Shown in pieces: positions 29,728 to 39,168 of a DNA stretch of 55,920 nucleotides (the stretch's first letter is position 1; each line of letters begins with the position of its first letter). A model generated the notes under the pieces. That model ran no database searches. It saw only the letters and a list, made by a program, of their open reading frames with translations, and was not told the DNA's origin. Location of the stretch: positions 1 to 55,920 of the forward strand of contig JBFMGO010000029.1 in assembly GCA_040752695.1 (NCBI GenBank), read 5' to 3'. A program made the position numbers and the translations under genes. The DNA is from a bacterium (GTDB taxonomy: Bacteria; SZUA-182; DTGQ01).

Positions 29728-29838
29728 TAGGACTCCTTTTGGGTTGAGGTTTTGAACCAATTCTAAAGGTATTGACTTGAATTGTCAAAGGGATTTCCTG
29801 GCGAGTTTCCAAAAAACCTCCACTGCCCTGCAGAAGTC

Positions 29839-29922
29839 AGCATTCAACAATCATGGTTGAGCATTCAACAATCATGGTTGAGCATTCAACATACATGGTT
29901 GAGTATTCGGCATTCACTGGTG
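29839..29922. repeat. 21-nt tandem repeat, 3 good units plus a degenerate one
   Basis: AGCATTCAACAATCATGGTTG x2, AGCATTCAACATACATGGTTG, then a degenerate copy. Confidence 0.85.
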
Positions 29923-30150
29923 AGCTTTCAGTATTCATTATCCTTAATTCACTATTCAGTTTTCAATTTTCATCATTCCATAATCCTTAGGTCTATGCAA
30001 TTGTTTCCAGTGCCTTGTAACCTACATCCAGCACCCTGGCCAGCATCCAGTACGCAGCTCCCTTATCCAGCAACCAGCATCTCATTCAGGAATCCAACCA
30101 GCATCTCAACCAGTAATCCAATCAGCATCTCAACCAGTAATCATTGATAA

Positions 30151-30726
30151 TCATTGATTGGTTATGATTGATTGCAGCAGGCCCGGTATTTTCCTGAAAT
30201 CTTCCTCAAGAGGCTCACGCATATTTTGATTATATAAAGCGGCGGCTGGATGATATATGGGGAAAAATACAAAGATGCCAAGACCGGTCACTTTTTCCTG
30301 AAAGGGCTGTCCATGTACTTTGGATATTTTTAATCCCGGCAGGAAGCGATTCAAAGCGTGCCTTCCAAGGAGGACAATGAGCTTGGGCTTTATTGCTCTT
30401 ATCTGTTCGTCGAGCCATTCGCTGCATGCTTCTATTTCTGCCGGAAGGGGATCTCTGTTTTGGGGAGGCCGGCATTTGATGACGTTGGTGATATATACAT
30501 CCTCCCGCTTTAAGCCGATACCCTCAAGGAGACTGTTGAGCAACCTGCCTGCTGCACCCACGAAAGGGCGGCCTGCCAATTCTTCCTGTTTACCCGGAGC
30601 CTCTCCGATGAACATAATGTCTGCCCGGGGATTCCCTTCGCCCGGAACCGGCCTGCCGCCGCTGAGCTGGCAATAATCACACGGTTTTATCTTTTCTATC
30701 GGCTTACTCATGGTCTTCAAGCTCAT
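30151..30726 (-). CDS. Uracil-DNA glycosylase family 4 (Fe-S type)
   Basis: CDYC, GEAPG..E, GRPFVG, KCRPPQNR, HPAA motifs. Confidence 0.93.
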   Translation of the reverse strand: MSLKTMSKPIEKIKPCDYCQLSGGRPVPGEGNPRADIMFIGEAPGKQEELAGRPFVGAAGRLLNSLLEGIGLKREDVYITNVIKCRPPQNRDPLPAEIEACSEWLDEQIRAIKPKLIVLLGRHALNRFLPGLKISKVHGQPFQEKVTGLGIFVFFPIYHPAAALYNQNMREPLEEDFRKIPGLLQSIITNQ

Positions 30727-30955
30727 TCTTGCTTTCCATCCCCTCTGAGGATGCGTTTTCAGATCAATTTTCGACTTTTTCCTGAAATTGAAGCTACGTG
30801 AGCGTTTGACGATAGTATTAATTTCCTAAACACTCCGATTAGAGTGTTATTAGAGTGTTGGAATGTATCACGGTATGAAAAATCATATGAGAGGCCATGA
30901 TGAGACTCAAGATTATTAGACACTAGTGCCCTGTCAAGGCTATCTTGAGGGGTAA

Positions 30956-30985
30956 CCTGGATTCTAAGCTTTCGCTCAGAATGAC
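30956..30985. repeat. REP/MITE-like element arm
   Basis: CCTGGATTCTAAGCTTTCGCTCAGAATGAC, 29/30 identical to 32090-32119. Confidence 0.8.
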
Positions 30986-31170
30986 GTAAGGATGGATCCC
31001 ATGGGTTATTATTTTACCCATCAATTGGGGCTTGACAGGGTACTAGAGACCATATGAGAAGCACTCAAGGAGGCTGTAGGCAAGGCCGTATGCACAACCG
31101 TACGCAAGGCTGTATGTAAGACCGTATGCAAAACTGTATGCCAGACTGTATGAAAAAGGGAGATAAAAGT

Positions 31171-31974
31171 ATGGAAATAGAAAAAATAACTATTATCGGA
31201 GGCTGTGGCAAGAATGGCCAAAAAGATTGCGTCGAACAAGTCCCGCTCCTGATGGGTAATGTCGTAAGTATCGTGGGGCCTACGGGGTCGGGGAAGACAA
31301 CCTTCATCAACGACATTGCACTTTTTGCCAACTGCAATACGCCATCTCTGAGGAAGGTACTCATCAATGACACCGTGCCGTCAGAGGAATATATGGCAGA
31401 TCCATCGAAAAATCCGATTGCGCTCATCACCCAGCACACCAATTTCCTTTCGGATCTGCCGGTACATCGATTTCTCGATATCCATGCACGGATACGGCAA
31501 ACCAGTTCGCCCAGGTCTATCATAGAGGAAACCCTGGAATTTGCCAACCTGCTCACCGGAGAGCCCATCATCATGGAAAGCGCCATGACCGAGCTCTCAG
31601 GCGGTCAGACGCGGGCTTTGCTGATAGCCGATGCGGTCATTATCGGAAATTCGCCGATCATCCTGCTCGATGAAATCGAAAATGCGGGCATTCACAGGAC
31701 CAAGGCTCTGGAGCTTCTGAAAAGGTATAAGAAAATCTTCATCTTCGTCACTCATGATCCCAGGATTACACTCCTGTCCGATTTTCGAATCGTCATGAAA
31801 GCCGGAGCCATACAAAACTTGATTATCACAGGAGAAGAAGAGAAGCGGGTCGGTGAGGAAATCAAGAAACTGGATGATCTCCTGTTAGGATTTAGAGCCC
31901 AAATACGGGCGGGTAACTGTCTCGGAGAAAGGGATCTGCAGGAGCGCCTGCGAGCACTGGGATATATTGCCTAG
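31171..31974 (+). CDS. ABC-type ATPase, no adjacent permease
   Basis: GPTGSGKT Walker A, LSGGQ signature, ILLDE Walker B, VTHD switch; start ATG 31171 behind GGGAG. Confidence 0.88.
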   Translation: MEIEKITIIGGCGKNGQKDCVEQVPLLMGNVVSIVGPTGSGKTTFINDIALFANCNTPSLRKVLINDTVPSEEYMADPSKNPIALITQHTNFLSDLPVHRFLDIHARIRQTSSPRSIIEETLEFANLLTGEPIIMESAMTELSGGQTRALLIADAVIIGNSPIILLDEIENAGIHRTKALELLKRYKKIFIFVTHDPRITLLSDFRIVMKAGAIQNLIITGEEEKRVGEEIKKLDDLLLGFRAQIRAGNCLGERDLQERLRALGYIA

Positions 31975-32016
31975 AAGAGCGCGTTTAACAACGGGTTTAC
32001 CAATACCCTATACTAC

Positions 32017-32119
32017 CATTCTGAGCGAAGCCTGTCCCCGCGCAGGCATTAAGCGGGGAGCTTAGGAATCCAAAAAGCCCTGGAACTCTCCTGGATTCTA
32101 AGCCTTCGCTCAGAATGAC
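32017..32119. repeat. REP/MITE-like palindromic element with nested hairpin
   Basis: CATTCTGAGCGAAG...CTTCGCTCAGAATG terminal inverted arms with an inner CCCCGC..GCGGGG hairpin and a GAATCC..GGATTC stem. Confidence 0.8.
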
Positions 32120-32222
32120 AAGAAAATGGATGTGATGGCTGCTCTATATGAGCGAAGAAATTTAACCTCAGGAAAATTTTACCTTGTGGTTAACAGATAA
32201 TTCTTCCAAGGGGGGATGAATC

Positions 32223-32921
32223 ATGAAAGTCATTATTTGTGCCGGACCACCGACGAGTGGAAAAACGACCGTATTAAGGCAGGTAGCCAGGAGACTTCTT
32301 CACAAAGGATATAAGCTGGCTTATTTAAAAATTGATGTTCAATTCGCCGATGAAGACGAAATATTCGCCAGGGAGTATGGAATTCCCGCCAGGAGGGTTT
32401 ATTCGGGAGATTTATGTCCGGATCACTGCAATGTGGTAGTCCTCGGAGATGCTTTACGATGGGCGGAGCAAAGTGGTGCAGAGATGCTTTTTGTAGAGAC
32501 GGCGGGTCTGTGTCTGAGGTGTTCTCCCTATATAGAAACCTCGTTAGGTATGGTTGTCCTGGAATCGACCAGCGGCGTAAACCTGCCCCGGAAAATCGGG
32601 CCCATGCTTTCTTTGGCCGATATGGCAGTGGTCACCAAAATTGATCTCGTATCCCAGGCCGAGAGGGAAGTGTTCAGAGCCAATATCAATGAGACAGCAG
32701 GTGTAGCCGTGATCGAAACCGATGCTCTGCACGGCATTAACATCGATCATGTGGTGCGAAGAATAGAGCGTATGGAGGAAGTGCAGGAACCTTCATTCTT
32801 GAGGGGAAATCCCCCTGTAGGAACCTGTACCATTTGTGTCGGTAAAAAGGACATCGGAAAAGAGGCTCACTTTGGTGTATTAAGACCATTGGAATCAGAC
32901 ATATTTTATCGAGGAGAATAA
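32223..32921 (+). CDS. G3E-family (HypB/UreG/CobW-like) GTPase
   Basis: GPPTSGKT, SGDLCPDH metal motif, ETAGLCLRC, TKID; C-terminal CTIC. Confidence 0.85.
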   Translation: MKVIICAGPPTSGKTTVLRQVARRLLHKGYKLAYLKIDVQFADEDEIFAREYGIPARRVYSGDLCPDHCNVVVLGDALRWAEQSGAEMLFVETAGLCLRCSPYIETSLGMVVLESTSGVNLPRKIGPMLSLADMAVVTKIDLVSQAEREVFRANINETAGVAVIETDALHGINIDHVVRRIERMEEVQEPSFLRGNPPVGTCTICVGKKDIGKEAHFGVLRPLESDIFYRGE

Positions 32922-32932
32922 GGAGAATAACC

Positions 32933-33664
32933 ATGCAAAATACAGCCAGGGGAGTGAATCCAACGAGAATACCAGATACAACAAATACAGCAGATACAGC
33001 CGAAGGGGCAGTGCAACTGCCGGGGAAGAACTGTGGGCTGTGCGGGCTCAAAACCTGCGAGGCATTTGCTGAAATCGTGTCAAAAAATCCTGAGGCCATA
33101 AAAAGGTGTGTCTATACAGAAAAATCAAATAGTCGCCCGGTTTCAGTCAATGATCGTCCTTCTGCCTTAGTCCAGGAATTCAGGGAGGAAAGTATTACCT
33201 GGAAGGATAATCTCGGTCGGGAATACGATTTTATTCTGGACAAATTTCCAGGGGAGGCAGGGCCACGGGAAACAATCATCCTGTTTAATCCATCCAATGT
33301 CGAGAAGCTTGGCCTCAAGAAGGGTGATGTCCTCTACGGTCGCCCTGGATGGATATCCTGCGGGTGCCCGGTCAGCCACGTTGGAATTGTGGTTGAAGAA
33401 CCTGACTATTTTAACGGCACTGTAGTCTGGTGTGTCGTAGGACCAATGATGGCCAGGGAGAGAGGTATAAATATTGGTTATTATAATACTACAGCCTATG
33501 AGGGTATGGTTCATTATACCAAAACGGAACTTCAGATCGGCAAGCGTTACTATTTCCAGCCCAGGTATTGCATGCTCCAGTGGCGGCATTGCGGTCTGGT
33601 TAATACCCTCGGCAAAACTAAAGATGGATTAAGGGTGCGCATTGAAGGTTTGTGGATAGGATAG
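32933..33664 (+). CDS. Putative Fe-S binding protein
   Basis: LPGKNCGLCGLKTC..C (RnfB/AcsC-type N-terminal 4Fe-4S motif); CGCPVSH and CMLQWRHCG in the C-domain. Confidence 0.8.
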   Translation: MQNTARGVNPTRIPDTTNTADTAEGAVQLPGKNCGLCGLKTCEAFAEIVSKNPEAIKRCVYTEKSNSRPVSVNDRPSALVQEFREESITWKDNLGREYDFILDKFPGEAGPRETIILFNPSNVEKLGLKKGDVLYGRPGWISCGCPVSHVGIVVEEPDYFNGTVVWCVVGPMMARERGINIGYYNTTAYEGMVHYTKTELQIGKRYYFQPRYCMLQWRHCGLVNTLGKTKDGLRVRIEGLWIG

Positions 33665-34157
33665 ATGAAGAGGGTAGGACGGATAGGATAGATGGAGAGG
33701 AAACAGGGGCAGGTGTTAACCTGCCTGCTTTTTCTCTCGTTTATCCGGCCGGCAATGCCATTGGCTTTAGGGATATAGCCAGCTTAGAGCAGTTTTCATC
33801 TGAAAATGATCCGAGAACTGGTTGATATCATTTTCATTGCCCTTTGTGCCGGTTCACCGGCATGGGTGTTTCACTTGATCGAACTACAGAGTCCCTGCCC
33901 TCCCTTTTTCAACGGCAGCCACCGCTCTCCCATAACGGCAGCCACCACTCTCCCTTTGGTAAAGAGGCTGGGAAGATTTTTAAAGTGAGAAAAACGCTGC
34001 CCCCTGTGCTTAATGTCTACGGGCGTGAACTCCACTCTTGAGTAAAAGCACCATTGTTCTTTATCCCTGACATATTTATCACTAATGCAATATAACTTTA
34101 GATGTAGTATAATTTAGAGTAATGGCCAATCTAAAAACAGAATTATTCGGGTACCTT

Positions 34158-34249
34158 ATTGGGATATACGAGCGGATACACTATCTCGGATAGGCTGTTC
34201 GGCATTGGGATATACGAGCGGATACACTATCTCGGATAGGCTGTTCGGC
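34158..34249. repeat. Perfect 46-nt tandem duplication upstream of the kinase gene
   Basis: ATTGGGATATACGAGCGGATACACTATCTCGGATAGGCTGTTCGGC at 34158-34203 and 34204-34249. Confidence 0.95.
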
Positions 34250-34273
34250 TAAGCTTTCAGGAGGTGGATTAAA

Positions 34274-36412
34274 ATGCCCGATAAAAACAAGACACAAGAG
34301 CAACTCTTTCAAGAGAATGCAATACTGCGCCAGCGGATTGTTGAACTTGAAGCATTGGATGCCGAACGCAATCGCACGGAAGATGCTCTCAGGCAATCAG
34401 AGCGAGAGCTGAGCGTCAGAAACAGAATTAACGGCATTTTCCTTGCGATTCCTGATGATGAAATGTATGGAGAAGTATTGCAGGTAATCCTGGAGATTAC
34501 GGAAAGTCCCTATGGATTTTTCGGATACATTAACCAACAGGGAGATCTGGTCTGCCCCTCCTTAAGCAAGGATATCTGGGACCAGTGTCAGATTCCCGAC
34601 AAAGATATTATTTTCCCCCGCAAAAATTGGGACGGTCTCTGGGGCCGATCCCTCATAGCGAAGAAATCCCTCTATTCAAACGGTCCGCTCCATGTGCCGG
34701 AAGGGCATATCTTTTTATCGAGGGCCCTGGTTGTACCGGTCATTCACCAAAAGAAGATTATCGGTCAGTTGGCGGTCGCCAATAAGGCAGCCGATTATAC
34801 GCAGAAAGACCAGAATCTTTTGGAAACCATAGCTGATTATATAGCTCCTGTCCTCCATGCGCGGCTGCAAAGAGACATACAGGAGAGTGAGCGAAGGCGG
34901 TCGGAAAGGGACCTTCGGGAATCCGAAGGAAAATACTCGACCCTGGTGGAACAGGCCAAGGATTGTGTAGTTATTCTCCAGGAGGGGTACTTTAAATTCG
35001 TTAATAAGGCCGTGGAGGATATCATTGGCTATAAACCCGAAGAGCTCATGGATAAGCCTTTACAGAACATATTGGTTCCTGAGTACAGAGAACTCCTCGC
35101 TCAGCGGCGCGAATTACGGTTGGCAGGTGAAAAAGTTCCCTCTGTTTATGAAATAAAGGTAATTTGTAAGGATGGAAAAATCAAAGATGGGGAAGTTTCT
35201 ATCTCCCTTATCCAGTATCATGGAAAACCTGCGACGATGGCCATAGCCCGTGATATTACCGAACGTAAGAAGACGGAGGAGGAATTACTGAAAATTCAAA
35301 AACTTGAATCCCTCGGCACCCTTGCAGGCGGCATTGCCCACGACTTTAATAATCTTTTGGCTGCCGGCATAGGCGCGCTCTCGCTTTTAGAACTGGAGGC
35401 AGCGGAATATGGAGAGAATGTTTCTTCACTGTTAGAAATTATAAAAACGGCCTGTCAGAAGGCAAAAAATCTGACTCGACAATTACTTACTTTTGCCAGT
35501 GGCGGAGCACCCGTTAAAACTGCTGTCTCTCTCGCTAAATTAATGCAAGATACAATCAGCTTTGCCTTAAGCGGCTCTCAGGCAAAATGTGAATTATCCA
35601 TACCGGCTGACCTGTGGTGGACCGAAATCGACCAAGATCAGATCGGTCAGGCTATTCATAATATAATTATCAATGCTGAGCAGGCTCTGGCCGGAGGCGG
35701 CATAATTAAAGTGCGTGCTGAAAACGTGACGGTTGAAACGCAGAACAGCCTTTCGCTGAAGGAGGGGAAATACGTAAAGGTATTGATACAGGACCAGGGA
35801 GTTGGGATACCGGAAGAAATTATGCCTAAGATATTTGATCCTTATTTTACTACCAAGCAAAGTGGAAGCGGTCTTGGTCTGGCCATCACCTATGCCATTA
35901 TCAAAAAGCATGAAGGATATATCGGTGTAGAATCACAGCCAGGAGTCGGGACAACTCTTTATTTTTACCTCCCGTCATCGGAGAAAAGAATACATATGGT
36001 AAAAGATGTTAAGGAGAAACAATTCCATTGCGGCCAGGGAAAGATTCTCGTTATGGATGATCAGCAACTGGTTAAAGCTACGATCGGACGAATGCTTACT
36101 TGTCTCGGATACGAGGTTGCGTTTGCTGCAGACGGTGCTGAGGCAATTGAGCTCTACAAGAAGGCAAAAGAGTCCGGGAGTGCTTTTGATATCGTTATCC
36201 TGGATTTAACAATACCTGGAGGCATGGGAGGGGCAGAAACCATTCGTAAACTGCTTGAGATAGACCCCGATGTTAAGTCCATTGTTTCAAGCGGCTACTC
36301 CAATGCTCCCATAATGTCTGAGTATCAGAAACATGGTTTTAAGGGAGTAGTAACCAAGCCGTATGAAATGAAAGAGCTGAGTGAAATAGTATATAAAGTC
36401 TTAAAGGAATAG
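34274..36412 (+). CDS. Cytoplasmic hybrid sensor histidine kinase (GAF-PAS-HisKA-HATPase-REC)
   Basis: AGGIAHDFNNLL H-box, NIIINA N-box, DQGVGI, FDPYFTTK, GSGLGL; receiver VMDD..ILDLTIPG..KPY. Confidence 0.95.
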   Translation: MPDKNKTQEQLFQENAILRQRIVELEALDAERNRTEDALRQSERELSVRNRINGIFLAIPDDEMYGEVLQVILEITESPYGFFGYINQQGDLVCPSLSKDIWDQCQIPDKDIIFPRKNWDGLWGRSLIAKKSLYSNGPLHVPEGHIFLSRALVVPVIHQKKIIGQLAVANKAADYTQKDQNLLETIADYIAPVLHARLQRDIQESERRRSERDLRESEGKYSTLVEQAKDCVVILQEGYFKFVNKAVEDIIGYKPEELMDKPLQNILVPEYRELLAQRRELRLAGEKVPSVYEIKVICKDGKIKDGEVSISLIQYHGKPATMAIARDITERKKTEEELLKIQKLESLGTLAGGIAHDFNNLLAAGIGALSLLELEAAEYGENVSSLLEIIKTACQKAKNLTRQLLTFASGGAPVKTAVSLAKLMQDTISFALSGSQAKCELSIPADLWWTEIDQDQIGQAIHNIIINAEQALAGGGIIKVRAENVTVETQNSLSLKEGKYVKVLIQDQGVGIPEEIMPKIFDPYFTTKQSGSGLGLAITYAIIKKHEGYIGVESQPGVGTTLYFYLPSSEKRIHMVKDVKEKQFHCGQGKILVMDDQQLVKATIGRMLTCLGYEVAFAADGAEAIELYKKAKESGSAFDIVILDLTIPGGMGGAETIRKLLEIDPDVKSIVSSGYSNAPIMSEYQKHGFKGVVTKPYEMKELSEIVYKVLKE

Positions 36413-36784
36413 AACCCAAGCGAGTCCGGAGCCAGGCACAGGCAGCAGAATCCATAAAATAATATATCTTGAGATTTATGCTCCCTTGAAAATAAAAATA
36501 GCAAGGTATATTTAAAAACTCTCCGAAACAGGAATTTATCGATAATAAAGTCTTCTTCCAGGCACATAGGTAATCACAAGCCAGCGATACGTCAAGCGAA
36601 TCAGCCTGATGGGAAACTATCAGGAAGGAGGTGGTGTTACCATGCAGCGTTAAAGACATTAAGGAGACTTTTTGTGTGGTACTGCGTATTTGCTATCCGT
36701 CTTATTGGAAAGTATATGTAGAATCAAGGTCTTAAAAATCAGGGGGGAAACCCGATAAGTAGCCAACAAGCAAGGAGTGGTCGA

Positions 36785-37456
36785 ATGAAGATGAAGATAG
36801 CGAAATCTCTTATCATTGCCTGGGCATTACCATTGATTATCTTTGGCACGGCAGCAGCCAAGGAGGCCGCCTCCGGAGTAAACGGGAATCAGGCACTTGA
36901 GGCATTAATGGCTGGCAACAAGCGGTATACCGCCGTTAAAAATACTTACCCCAACCAGACAGCAGAGCGCCGTGCGGAGCTTGTCAAGGGGCAGAAGCCT
37001 TTTGCCATTATCCTGAGCTGTTCAGATTCACGAGTGCCACCGGAAATCATATTTGACCAAGGACTCGGCGATTTGTTTGTGATCCGTGTTGCTGGCAATG
37101 TCGTTGATGACATAGCCTTGGGCAGTATTGAATATGCAGCGGAGCACCTTGGTACGCCCCTGATTATGGTGTTGGGTCATGAGAAATGCGGCGCAGTGAC
37201 TGCCACTGTGGAGGGCGGCGAGGCTCCTGGCCATATCGGGTCTTTCACCAAAGCTATTAAGCCTGCCGTGGAAAAGGCCAAGGACCAACCCGGCGATAAG
37301 GTGGACAATACAGTCAAAGCCAACGTCGAGCTGATTGTTGAGCAATTGAAGGTGTCAAAACCAATCCTTTCCGAACTGGTTAAAGAAGGCAGGCTGAAAA
37401 TTGTCGGGGCGCGATATGACCTGGATACCGGCGCGGTAGACATTACTCATGAGTAG
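36785..37456 (+). CDS. Beta-class carbonic anhydrase with N-terminal signal peptide
   Basis: CSDSRV, GDLFVIRVAGN, GHEKCGAV zinc ligands; hydrophobic leader ending AAA. Confidence 0.93.
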   Translation: MKMKIAKSLIIAWALPLIIFGTAAAKEAASGVNGNQALEALMAGNKRYTAVKNTYPNQTAERRAELVKGQKPFAIILSCSDSRVPPEIIFDQGLGDLFVIRVAGNVVDDIALGSIEYAAEHLGTPLIMVLGHEKCGAVTATVEGGEAPGHIGSFTKAIKPAVEKAKDQPGDKVDNTVKANVELIVEQLKVSKPILSELVKEGRLKIVGARYDLDTGAVDITHE

Positions 37457-37504
37457 TCTCACCTATCAGTTATTCTTTTATCAGTGATCCCTTCCTGTTG
37501 AATC

Positions 37505-37533
37505 AGGGCGGCCCTATACAAAAGGCCGCCCCT
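37505..37533. terminator. GC-rich hairpin after the carbonic anhydrase gene
   Basis: GGGCGGCC...GGCCGCCC stem; no clear T-tract. Confidence 0.45.
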
Positions 37534-38027
37534 GTAAAATACCAAAAGATCCGTATCACACGTGATACCACGTCACACGCAGTAATCCGCACCCTGACAG
37601 CAGGGTTTCAGAGCGGAGTGCGCTTTGGGGTCACATGTACCCGCTCTGGTAAACGGGATGTCGGGGCCTGCATGCACCTTGTATAAACAATAAAACCTGA
37701 CTGTACCGGCTTGTTTGATTGTACTATCTTGTGTACTGTCTTGTACTGCCTGGTATCGATTTCTCTCCCCATTCGTAGAGGACTCGTCTCATGAAATCCG
37801 AGAAGAAGTAAATAATGCTTTTTTACGTAAAACCATATAGTTGGATTTATAAAGGATAGATAATAAGGATAAATAAAAGGATAGATAAAGAGAGATTACG
37901 GATAAGAAACTGGAATCTCAGAGGAAAACGGGGACTTCATAAAAAGTGAGGACCTCATAACTCTCTCCTTTTCTAAGGGGAATGGAAGGTATTTTACTAT
38001 TGAATATATCACAAGAACAGGGGTCTT

Positions 38028-38966
38028 ATGAGGGGGCCGGGTAAGACCATGAAAATCAAGGCCAGTGACGTAATAGTGCCTTTGGATGTTCCCAAGGCGA
38101 TGCGTGTGGAATATGTCCAGAATTATTTGACTAGTACCAGAGAAAGTGGGAGGTTGTTACTGTTTGCTGGGGATCAGAAAGCAGAGCACCTCAACAGGGA
38201 CTTTATTGGAGGTGGTATTCATCCTCAGGATAGCGATCCGGAGCATTTATTCAGGATTGCCAGTCAGGCCAGGATTGGTGTTTTTGCCACTCAGCCCGGT
38301 TTGATTACCAGATACGGAATGGATTATCCTGATGTGCCTTATCTGGTCAAACTGAATGCCAAAACGGATCTGGTCACGGAGGCGGATCCTGTAAGTCAGC
38401 AATGGCTGGATGTCAAACAGGTGGTGGATATTCGAGACAACAGCGGGCTCAAGATCCTGGCTGTGGGGTATTCGGTCTATCTGGGAAGCGTGTATGAATC
38501 CATAATGCTTCATCAGGCTGCTCAGATTATCTTTAATGCCCATCAACAGGGTCTTCTTGCTGTCCTCTGGATTTGCCTTCACGGTAAGGCAGTGAAGGAG
38601 AAAGATGAAAGGAATCCGCACATGATTGCAGGCGCCGTGGGTGTGGGGGCATGCCTTGGCTGTGATTTTGTGAGGGTAGCTTACCCCACTATGGATGGTG
38701 CCGAACCGAGAGAGATTTTTAAGGAGGCCACTCTGGCGGCAGGCCGGACCAAGGTTATTTCCTCAGCCGGATCAAGCCGCGAGATTGGTGCATTTCTCGG
38801 CAATATCCATGACCAGATTCATATCAGCGGTGCTGCCGGAATCTCGGTCGGCAGGAATATTTACCAAAGGTCTTCCGATGAGGCCATCAAACTGTGCAAC
38901 GCCGTGCACGCTGTCATTATCGAAGGCGCTTCGGTCGAAGACGCACTTGCGCATATGCTTCTCTAG
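38028..38966 (+). CDS. DhnA-type class I aldolase homolog with substituted catalytic residues
   Basis: LFAGDQKAEHLN, PYLVKLN, GYSVYLGS.YE, VGRNIYQR; expected DFVK is DFVR and expected WxYPRG is WICLHG; start may be ATG 38049. Confidence 0.85.
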   Translation: MRGPGKTMKIKASDVIVPLDVPKAMRVEYVQNYLTSTRESGRLLLFAGDQKAEHLNRDFIGGGIHPQDSDPEHLFRIASQARIGVFATQPGLITRYGMDYPDVPYLVKLNAKTDLVTEADPVSQQWLDVKQVVDIRDNSGLKILAVGYSVYLGSVYESIMLHQAAQIIFNAHQQGLLAVLWICLHGKAVKEKDERNPHMIAGAVGVGACLGCDFVRVAYPTMDGAEPREIFKEATLAAGRTKVISSAGSSREIGAFLGNIHDQIHISGAAGISVGRNIYQRSSDEAIKLCNAVHAVIIEGASVEDALAHMLL

Positions 38967-39168
38967 GGATCTGGTCTTATCATGGTTTTTCGGGCCTTGT
39001 CATGATATTTTTCATCGCAGAAGCCATATGAGGGATACCGAGGGATGCATGAGGGATGGATGAAAGATGCATGTGGGAACATTGCTCCATGTGGGGTCCA
39101 GGTGGTATCCACGTTTGGATACGTGAGAGAAAGGGAAGAGAATTTCAGGAGAGGAAGAGGAATAGGTG

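Noticed and set aside
29839..29922. 21-nt repeats with an internal CAAC/GTTG inverted motif as a CRISPR array
   Set aside because: Units are directly adjacent with no unique spacers, and there are no cas genes in the window
34158..34249. 46-nt direct repeat as CRISPR or att site
   Set aside because: Only two abutting copies, no spacer, no integrase
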